A DNA stretch of 60,780 nt, filler included. It is 6 parts of 6 records of this genome, joined end to end, with 100 filler letters (N's around TTAATTAATTAA, not from the genome) between each part and the next. Parts side by side here need not be neighbours in the genome. Positions count along the whole stretch, not along the records: positions 48,830 to 54,157 come from SRR31156797_25444; positions 54,258 to 60,780 come from SRR31156797_25460; 4 more parts are not named here. One strand, written 5' to 3'. The position numbers were made by a program, and so were the translations under genes. Positions 52,733-60,497 of the stretch are shown in pieces (position 1 is the first letter of the stretch; each line of letters opens with the position of its first letter). Below the pieces are notes generated by a model that saw only the letters and a list, made by a program, of their open reading frames with translations, was not told where the DNA came from and searched no databases.

Positions 52733-54157
52733 ATGCCCATTATAACCTTACCATACGATGACCTCGAAGAATTAACAGGAACAGACAAGGACACTATTAT
52801 TGAACGCGTACCCATGATCGGGGCTGATATCGAGCGTATTGAAGAAGAGTCAATTGATATCGAATTCTTCCCTGACCGCCCGGATCTTTACAGCGTTGAA
52901 GGTGTGGCACGTGCAATGCGGGGTTTCCTTGATATTGAAACCGGTTTCTGCGAGTATGAGGTAAAACCTTACACTGTGGAGATCAGCAAAGATGAAAAAA
53001 TCGATTCTGTACGCCCTGTATTTGGATGTGCCATCGTACGTGGTGTAAATTTTAGTTCCAGTGCTATCAAGACACTCATGGACCTGCAGGAGTCGCTCCA
53101 CTGGGGACTTGGACGTGACCGAAAAAAGGTATCAATAGGTGTCCATGATCTTTCAAAGGTACAGGCTCCTTTCCGCTACATTGCAGCGGACCCTGATTTT
53201 AGTTTTGTTCCTCTTGATTTTACAGAGCCTATGACCATGAGGGAAATACTTGAGAAGCATCCAAAGGGAACACGCTTTGCACATATACTGGATGGTTTTG
53301 ACAGTTATCCCCTTATCCTTGATGCTAATGACAACGTTCTTTCTTTCCCTCCGATTATTAACGGTACACTGACAATGGTCACTGAGGATACCACTGATCT
53401 TCTTGTTGATGTCACGGGCCTTGGTAAAGAAGTGTACACGGCTCTTAATATAGTTACTACTGCCCTTGCTGAGCGTGGAGGGGACATAGAGTACGTTAAG
53501 GTTATTAATGCAGAAGGTACTGAGTCCATTCCTCTTGATCTGAGTGGCAGGGTAAAGGTACTGGAAAGATCAGAGATAGATTGTCTTATTGGTATGGAAC
53601 TTCCAGTTGAGGAAATTGTAAAGCAGCTTAACAGGATGGGCTTTGGTGCAAAAGAACTTGATGACGGTCGTATTGAGGTTATGATACCACGCTATCGTGC
53701 TGATATACTTGACAATTCCGATATAATTGAAGATATAGCAGTGGGTTATGGTTTTGAGAAAATCCCTGCAGTATTCCCAATGAATGCAACTGTAGGTAAA
53801 TCCCATGAAATCTCTGACATAAGTTCGGACATGAGAGAGATTATGACAGGTCTTGGGTATTCCCAGGTTATGCCGTTCACTCTTACAAGTGGCAGGGTGC
53901 ACTTTGACTGGATGTGCAGGGAACAGACAGATGATGTTACTCATGTATTGCACCCCATAAGTGAAGACCAGACAATAGTCAGGACAACAATACTGCCAAA
54001 CCTCCTGGAAATTCTTTCCATGAATCAGCACAGGGAGCTTCCCCAGCGTATATTTGAGGTTGGAGATGTTGTTATTAATGGAAATAACGGTTTGCACATG
54101 GCAGCTGTATCTATCAATGCCCAGGCAAATTTCACTGAAGTAAGGGAGCTTGTTGAA
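52733..54157 (+). CDS. pheT: Phenylalanine-tRNA ligase beta subunit (archaeal type), truncated
   Basis: [36 protein letters not shown]...[18 protein letters not shown]. Confidence 0.96.
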
Positions 54158-54257
54158 NNNNNNNNNNNNNNNNNNNNNNNNNNNNNNNNNNNNNNNNNNN
54201 NTTAATTAATTAANNNNNNNNNNNNNNNNNNNNNNNNNNNNNNNNNNNNNNNNNNNN
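54158..54257. other. Artificial contig spacer
   Basis: N run containing TTAATTAATTAA. Confidence 0.98.
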
Positions 54258-54362
54258 TATCAAAATTCAGATCAATCCGCTGCTGAGATGTGTAAACTCT
54301 TCGGTTTTAGCCGCAGAACTCTTTTCAATTACATAACTGAACAAAAACAACGCTCCACATAA
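54258..54362 (+). CDS. C-terminal HTH of a serine resolvase/invertase (fragment at contig start)
   Basis: Manual translation YQNSDQSAAEMCKLFGFSRRTLFNYITEQKQRST*, resembling the resolvase HTH pattern (A..lG.SR.TlY.Y). Confidence 0.6.
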   Translation, partial: YQNSDQSAAEMCKLFGFSRRTLFNYITEQKQRST

Positions 54363-54481
54363 AATACTGTACCTCAGAGCAGCTACCCTCCCGTTAGGCC
54401 TTATAGTGCTATAATAATTACAACAAGATAAAAGCATTAACCAAAAAGATCTTTCCGATGTATGAAACCTGTTAGCAGATA

Positions 54482-55360
54482 TCATGCTTTTTGACCCAAC
54501 AACATCTGACTTATGGTTAAAATTTTGTTATTTTTTCCATCAAACATGCGAATGTCAGTCATAGCATCATTGGTATATTTTTTTAGTAAATTTTTGGCTT
54601 CATTTATACCAACCAAGGCAGCAAAGTTAAACTTGTCCTTTTGCAACGATTTGCCTACTTCCATCTCGTCGTTGGTAACATCGGAAATATCATCATTAAT
54701 TTGATATGCAAACCCAAGATTTCCGGCAAAGCTTCGAATAGCATTTATTTCATCATTTGATGCACCTGCAATAATGGCAGCACCCTCGCAGCAAGCAACA
54801 AAAAGAGATGCTGTTTTATGGGAATGAATATATTTCAGGGTTTTTACATCTACAGGGTGATTTGGTGCCTTTAGATCAGCGTATTGTCCCCCTGTCATTC
54901 CATTTATCCCTACAGCTTGTGAAAGGGCGAGGGACACTTTTATCTTTTTATCATCAGGGAGTTCTTTATCACTTAAAATCACTTCAAATGCCTTTGCAAG
55001 CAAACCAATGCTCACTAGAGAGGCTGTATCCTGACCATACACTATGTGAGTTGCCAGTTTACCTCTTCTCTTCCTACTATTGTCCATGTAAGGAAAATCG
55101 TCCATAATCAATGATGAAGTATGAATCATTTCCACTGCGCAGGCCAAAGAAGATAATTGATTTCTTGGTATATTGTACATTTCTCCAATCAAAAAGCAAA
55201 ATATCGGCCTTATTAATTTTCCGCCTGAAAATAACGAGTAATAGGTACAATCTTCCATGCCTTTTAGTAAAGAATTACCAAAATACAAATGTTTTTTTAA
55301 ACATTTATATAGGTAGTCTCTTGTTTCCTGAATAAGTTCTTCCAAATCATCTACCCCCAT
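54482..55360 (-). CDS. Polyprenyl diphosphate synthase, probably GGPP synthase
   Basis: GGKLIRP, FARM DDFPYMD...RRGK, GQYAD, KTASL, SARM QINDDISD; small Ser residues at -4/-5 before the FARM. Confidence 0.92.
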   Translation of the reverse strand: MGVDDLEELIQETRDYLYKCLKKHLYFGNSLLKGMEDCTYYSLFSGGKLIRPIFCFLIGEMYNIPRNQLSSLACAVEMIHTSSLIMDDFPYMDNSRKRRGKLATHIVYGQDTASLVSIGLLAKAFEVILSDKELPDDKKIKVSLALSQAVGINGMTGGQYADLKAPNHPVDVKTLKYIHSHKTASLFVACCEGAAIIAGASNDEINAIRSFAGNLGFAYQINDDISDVTNDEMEVGKSLQKDKFNFAALVGINEAKNLLKKYTNDAMTDIRMFDGKNNKILTISQMLLGQKA

Positions 55361-55441
55361 TTAATTCCTCTTCCAGCCTGATGTGTAAACATTTTGAATT
55401 TTATTAGTTTTTTCTCTTAATTCAACAAGTACGAAGAATAT

Positions 55442-56245
55442 TTAACAAGAAGAGCCCCCCCTTTCTCCCACAATTTCATACTCCAAACAAGAAAACATAC
55501 CGAACGGCTCACCTAATAATAGCTCACCCTCCCCCACTCCTTGGTCCAAAATGTCTTTGGAACATTCATATTTTGCCAACAGGAAATTTCTGGAGGATTG
55601 AAAAATCTGCAACCAACTTAGCACGTGTTTCTGGAAGGCATCGCCGGTGATGACGACAGGGATACCCCGCATCCTGACATCAGTGAACCTATCGTTGTGA
55701 AACAAAGTCCAGAGTTGCCGTCCAATAGTCGCAGCACCCAGGTTGCGGCGCACAAGATTAAACAATCGTTCCCAAGCAGGGTATGTTGGGTAAAAAACCC
55801 AGTTATCAAAATCCCCGTCCCGGACGATGACGTGGCCACCTTTGCGTGTCACTCGCATGGCTTCGCTCAGGGCCAAATCGCTATCCACCAGATGCATTAA
55901 TAGATGTCGACAATAAACTATGTCGAATTCCTGATTGCAAAATGGTAAGGCATAGGCATTGCTTTGCAGGAAGCTAACGTTGCTCCCTCCTTGAAAAGGA
56001 GCCGAACAAACCGCCCTCCGAAGAGTGCTGGCGTTGTTGTCGAGGCCGATGACCTCACCGCCGGGATTAATGTGGAGCGCAATCTGTCTCGCTATTGAGC
56101 CGGGGCCGCAACCAATGTCGAGCACTCTGGTGCCGGGGTACAGGTATTGAAAAAGCAATTCCTCTTTTTGGAGGGTCGCCTTTTCCATGATATCGTCATG
56201 AATGTCTCGCCTAATCGTCCGGCCTGGAGTATAGGTATCATCCAT
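55442..56245 (-). CDS. Class I SAM-dependent methyltransferase
   Basis: VLDIGCGPG motif I, IGLDNN, NAYALPF, FDIVYCRHLLMHL, RVTRKGG; ATG 56245 overlaps the upstream stop. Confidence 0.9.
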   Translation of the reverse strand: MDDTYTPGRTIRRDIHDDIMEKATLQKEELLFQYLYPGTRVLDIGCGPGSIARQIALHINPGGEVIGLDNNASTLRRAVCSAPFQGGSNVSFLQSNAYALPFCNQEFDIVYCRHLLMHLVDSDLALSEAMRVTRKGGHVIVRDGDFDNWVFYPTYPAWERLFNLVRRNLGAATIGRQLWTLFHNDRFTDVRMRGIPVVITGDAFQKHVLSWLQIFQSSRNFLLAKYECSKDILDQGVGEGELLLGEPFGMFSCLEYEIVGERGGSSC

Positions 56246-58679
56246 AGGCTTCGACTCTGGAGGCAAAATGTTGCATTGCATCTGGCTCTTCGTCTAAAAG
56301 CTCAAAGAAACGATCAAAAATACCTTTCCAGATCTGGCATTGATAAGTTACTTCAGAGGGCATGTCATCGCGACCGAAGCGGAGCCTGTTTAGGACAGGA
56401 CAACGTCCACACCATGGTCGATAGGCGCAAGGTCCGCACCGTTCTTCCGTAATAAGCGAGGCCTGCCTGAGCGCCCCTGTTTCCGGGTGGTGTAGTATGT
56501 CCTCATACGAATGATGCAATACATTGCCCAGTACGATTTGGCCACTGAGTCTCGCCTCATCACATGGGTAGATGTTTCCCTGTAAATCATAGGCAATCTG
56601 GCCCCGAACACAGCCGCAGGGGCTAGCCAAATCCACGAATCCTGGATCTTGGGCCAACATGATTTTACGGACCAGAATTTCGGAGGCCCTGTCCCAGATA
56701 AGAGAGCCTTGCGCTTGGTGGGCCAAACAGCGACGAAGGACACTCTTCCAAAAATAGCTGTAAGTCGTAGGATCCAGACCCACGGCATTCCAGTTATTTT
56801 CTGCCTCACCCAACGGGGCCACCGGGTTGAGGCCGAAGCGATACAGTGCCAGTTCGGCAAAGTTGTCCACTATCTCTTCGGGCTGGGCCAGCGCGTCCCG
56901 GGTGACAACCATCAGAGTACCTACATTCACATGCCGTCGCCGAAGCTCACGGATCGCTTGCACGACCTTGGCGTATCCCGATCCGTGATTTCCCTGCGTC
57001 CTGTGCTTGTCGTGTATGGCTTGCGTACCATCAAGCGAGGTGGTAACGGTCATTGGCCAGGCGGCAATCTGGTCCGCAATTATAGGGGTAAGCATCGTCA
57101 GGTTACTAACCAAGCGGAAACTGATCTGCTTGCCGCTGTCTATGACGCGTGTCATGATAGCTTCGACGAAATACTTCATGGCTGGGAAGTTGAGTAGCGA
57201 CTCGCCGCCTTGGAACTCTATGCAAACGTCGGCGGACGACGAGGCCAAAATAAAATCTGAAATTTTATCCATGACATCGTGACGCTCTTCGCCATTGATT
57301 GGGGGCAGTGCCCCACGCCGGGCCGAGGCGGCGCAATAAGTGCAGGTTAAATTACATCGGTCGGTCAATTCAATGATGTGCAACGCGGGACGCCTATTGG
57401 CGAAATAGTCGGAAAAGCATGCTTGACCGGTAAGCGGGACGCGGTTCTGCTGTCTAAGTTCGCTCCCCTTCACCAGTTCCCACTGGCCATTTTGATCAGA
57501 GGAAACGTTCAGCGTGCCAATAACTCGCCGATAAGGTAATTCAGTAGAATTGATGGGAAGGACCATTAGGGTAGGGTCCGCACGAAGAGCCTTGACGAGA
57601 GCCTGGAGGCAAAAAGCGGTGGTGACGGCTTTGCTGGCATACGTAAGGTCACCGTCCTTGGTCGCCAGCTTGATAAACGGCGAACCCTCCCAAGATCCGT
57701 TGACCGATTGAGCCGCAGCCAACCATGCGGCCGCCTGCCTCTTTTCCTCGTTGCAGCCTGGGATGGCTACAAGCGAAAGCAATCCCAGGGCTGTGCTGAG
57801 CGGCTCACTTTTCGTTTCGCCCCAACCACCGTTCAGCAAACGGGAACCACATAAAAAACGCTGTGCGCGTTCTATGGACTTAGATGCACCGCCGAAATCC
57901 GCAAGAAAGGTCAGGGCACGGTAGGTCCCGTAGAACTTTCCCCAGTACCACTTGCTGGGCCAGAAACCTTCGTCCGTCTGAGACGAGGTAAGATAGCGGG
58001 CACCGGCAACGATCTGATGCCTGTAGCGCTCCGGGTCGTAAAGGGCCAAACCCCAGAGCAGATTGGCCACCACTTCGGGAGACACTCCACGGCCGCCAAT
58101 GACCTGGATATACTCGCGCATTGCGGCTGCAGCCGGCGATCTATCGGAGGGGTCAACCACCCAGGTCTCGATGGAACCATCAGGGTGCGAACCGTATTTG
58201 AATACAAGGTCGATGGCCTCATTGCAGAGAGAGGCAAGTTGTTTGCCGCCGGTGCGGGCCAGGAGTTGCAAGATCAAGCCGAGGTCATCAGCGTCAGGCG
58301 GTAACTCCCGGAGGAGGGGGATATAGCTCCAACCTCCCACAACGTCAGGGTGCTTGGCCTGCAAAAACGCCACAATTTCTGTTTCCGCTAATTTTTTGGT
58401 GATGCGCTGATCAAAGTCAGCACAATCCAGCAAGCTGTCGAGGATCAACATCCGCGGGAATAGCCATGCCGGATAGGTCTGATAGACAACCTGCTCTGCC
58501 CTCCCCACCGGCAGAGTGAGATAGTGGACTGCCTCGGGATAACCCTTGGCGTTTTCGTTCAGCAGGAAGGACACCCCTTGGCGGAGAATCCGACGCAAAT
58601 CGATGTTCAGACGCATAGGTTTGCTACGAGGCGCGGTGGTTTGAGAAGAACTGAGCGGCTCTATCATGCGGTCAGCCAT
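56238..58679 (-). CDS. Fusion: single-domain class II terpene cyclase (DxDD, QW repeats) + HxsB-like radical SAM/SPASM maturase
   Basis: GGWSY...PDADDL (DADD 58284-58295); QTDEGFW, LNGGWG, QSVNGSW repeats; CNLTCTYC (57333-57356), IEFQGGESLLNF, DLASPCG...YPCDEAR, CxxCx5CxxC SPASM. Start may be ATG 58667 (ATGA overlap). Confidence 0.88.
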   Translation of the reverse strand: MADRMIEPLSSSQTTAPRSKPMRLNIDLRRILRQGVSFLLNENAKGYPEAVHYLTLPVGRAEQVVYQTYPAWLFPRMLILDSLLDCADFDQRITKKLAETEIVAFLQAKHPDVVGGWSYIPLLRELPPDADDLGLILQLLARTGGKQLASLCNEAIDLVFKYGSHPDGSIETWVVDPSDRSPAAAAMREYIQVIGGRGVSPEVVANLLWGLALYDPERYRHQIVAGARYLTSSQTDEGFWPSKWYWGKFYGTYRALTFLADFGGASKSIERAQRFLCGSRLLNGGWGETKSEPLSTALGLLSLVAIPGCNEEKRQAAAWLAAAQSVNGSWEGSPFIKLATKDGDLTYASKAVTTAFCLQALVKALRADPTLMVLPINSTELPYRRVIGTLNVSSDQNGQWELVKGSELRQQNRVPLTGQACFSDYFANRRPALHIIELTDRCNLTCTYCAASARRGALPPINGEERHDVMDKISDFILASSSADVCIEFQGGESLLNFPAMKYFVEAIMTRVIDSGKQISFRLVSNLTMLTPIIADQIAAWPMTVTTSLDGTQAIHDKHRTQGNHGSGYAKVVQAIRELRRRHVNVGTLMVVTRDALAQPEEIVDNFAELALYRFGLNPVAPLGEAENNWNAVGLDPTTYSYFWKSVLRRCLAHQAQGSLIWDRASEILVRKIMLAQDPGFVDLASPCGCVRGQIAYDLQGNIYPCDEARLSGQIVLGNVLHHSYEDILHHPETGALRQASLITEERCGPCAYRPWCGRCPVLNRLRFGRDDMPSEVTYQCQIWKGIFDRFFELLDEEPDAMQHFASRVEAYG

Positions 58680-59782
58680 GAGTAGACGGACATCTTCCCA
58701 AAGCTCAGGACCTCTTCGCGGACGGCAGCGGGCGCGGTTAACGACACGAGGCGATCCTCGAGTTGGCGCAGGAGTCCGCAGAGGTCCTCGGCCGTGCCAA
58801 TGATGCCCTCACGGATACGACCCTCAGGAGGAGTATCCCGGTTCGTGGTCCGCAAGCTGACGTAGCTTGGCGTTCCGACGCGGATGTCTTTGGCGATGTC
58901 TGATAGGTCGTCAGCCAGCCAGAAGATGCGGCCCAGGGTGTCACAGATATCCAGGACAGCCTCCTCTTGTGCTATATGCTCATGAGGGCTGGCAAGATGA
59001 GAAAGCAGGGCGATGGTTGTGGTGGGCCGCGCAGACTTACAGGAAAGAATTTCGAACCAATCGTCGTGCGTCAAAATCGGCGTTTGGCGCGCCGTGGTGG
59101 TCTTCAACTCAGCCTCGTAGAGCTGGTAAAGTAATGTCTGAACCCGCTGCCAAGTCAACCCATCCGCATGCATCCGGTATAGGTCTTTGCAGCTCTCGGT
59201 AAAGGCAACGATGGATCGCAGAAGAAACTCTTCCACGGGTCCAGCACATCTCAACCGATCCGCCAAACCCTCCAACGGAACTCCCTTGGACACATCCAGC
59301 AGCTCCGCCAACCAGTCTGAACTCACGAGTGTGAACAAATCGCTGCCGGTAGGTAGTTCATCGACGACATAATCAAAGAGAGCAATCCCCATGTTGAAGA
59401 TGGCAGCGGCCAGCGCTACTTGATTGGAAATGTTGCCGGCCCCAAGCCGGAGCCCATGGATAAGTCTTCCCTGAGTGTAGCCGAAGGCCAGCATGCCGGG
59501 CAAGCGTTCCCACAAAAAAGGATGATACTGTTGAATCTCGTTCAATAACCCGTCGAGGGGCAAAGCGCAGGCCTCATATGCCCCTGGCAACTCGGCCGCC
59601 AACAAACGGCGGCCGAGGTTACTTTGGGCATCTTGGTGGTCTAAGAAATGTTGGTACGGTACGTAGAATCCACGCTCAAGTACCTCCTTCCAGACAAACT
59701 TCCTCGTTAGGACGTCGTTAACGTACAAAAATTCCTTCATAGCCACCGTTTTCCCTATAGTAATAATTTCCTCTAAGTCCAA
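58664..59782 (-). CDS. Class I isoprenoid-synthase-fold protein (ComQ-like prenyltransferase or terpene synthase)
   Basis: All-helical; first acidic motif LFDYVVDE, SCKSA, second motif WLADDLSDIAKD. Start TTG 59782 or ATG 59740. Confidence 0.7.
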   Translation of the reverse strand: MDLEEIITIGKTVAMKEFLYVNDVLTRKFVWKEVLERGFYVPYQHFLDHQDAQSNLGRRLLAAELPGAYEACALPLDGLLNEIQQYHPFLWERLPGMLAFGYTQGRLIHGLRLGAGNISNQVALAAAIFNMGIALFDYVVDELPTGSDLFTLVSSDWLAELLDVSKGVPLEGLADRLRCAGPVEEFLLRSIVAFTESCKDLYRMHADGLTWQRVQTLLYQLYEAELKTTTARQTPILTHDDWFEILSCKSARPTTTIALLSHLASPHEHIAQEEAVLDICDTLGRIFWLADDLSDIAKDIRVGTPSYVSLRTTNRDTPPEGRIREGIIGTAEDLCGLLRQLEDRLVSLTAPAAVREEVLSFGKMSVYSWLTA

Positions 59783-60024
59783 CCACTGGAATGGCCACTA
59801 CTATGCGGCACATGCTTGGTTAGATAGACAAAGTACTTATAGTAATTATCGGTCGCAATCCATCGGCCATTCCGCCCCGGAGCGCTGACGGTGATGGTCG
59901 CGTTGAGATTGCACCACACCCAGTAGACCCCGTTGCCGAAGTTAGAAAAATTGTGCCCTGGGAAAGTAGCGTTAGTGATAACTACTCCGTCCTCTGATCT
60001 TCGGACTTCAACATAGAGACTCAT
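59773..60024 (-). CDS. 83-aa putative precursor/substrate protein with a His-Ser-Ser repeat and penultimate Trp
   Basis: Strong SD AAGGAGGT (60031-60038), ATGA overlap with the upstream gene, C-terminus KHVPHSSGHSSGWT. Confidence 0.75.
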   Translation of the reverse strand: MSLYVEVRRSEDGVVITNATFPGHNFSNFGNGVYWVWCNLNATITVSAPGRNGRWIATDNYYKYFVYLTKHVPHSSGHSSGWT

Positions 60025-60497
60025 ATATCGACCTCCTTCCCGGAAATAGCTCGCTCGATTTCCTCTCTTTTGTACCCTATGCCTCCGCTGTCAGGCATGG
60101 TGGCAGGTCCTTTGAAAGCGAGAACGGCCTTAGGGATGGGAGGTGCTTCTTCAATGGGGACTTGCGTTCCCATATCAGAAGCTTTGTGCTGAAGCTTCAT
60201 GAGTTCAGCTGCTTTGTCAAAAAAGTCTTCAGAAGTGTTAATGGGGAAATAATAGGCAGGAATTCTGCGTTTTAGAACCGCCATTTCCACTTCTTCGTCT
60301 CTCATGGCAAGCCGTTTTTGGGAGCCTAATTGTTTCTCAAGATCAGCGAAGGACTGAATAGGGAACTTGATCTTGTTAGCCAAGTCCTGTAACTCCATCA
60401 TGTCCGAAAGTGCAGAGATAGTCTTATCGCCTTCCGGGTGATGACTCAGGAGGTTTTTCAACTTTTCTACCTCTCCTGGTTTGAATTCGATAGGCAT
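60021..60497 (-). CDS. Hypothetical protein with two FPI.S/T..D/E repeats (MTH865-like)
   Basis: SD AAGGAG before the ATG; KFPIQSFADLEKQL and YFPINTSEDFFDKA; first gene of the operon. Confidence 0.7.
   Translation of the reverse strand: MPIEFKPGEVEKLKNLLSHHPEGDKTISALSDMMELQDLANKIKFPIQSFADLEKQLGSQKRLAMRDEEVEMAVLKRRIPAYYFPINTSEDFFDKAAELMKLQHKASDMGTQVPIEEAPPIPKAVLAFKGPATMPDSGGIGYKREEIERAISGKEVDI

Noticed and set aside
51623-55360. Apparent link between the archaeal UbiA prenyltransferase and the terpene cluster
   Set aside because: They lie on different contigs separated by a spacer.
56238-58679. Ordinary hopanoid locus (shc with hpn radical SAM genes)
   Set aside because: The cyclase has only one barrel, the rSAM is SPASM/HxsB-like rather than HpnH/HpnJ/HpnP-like, and no squalene synthase genes are present.
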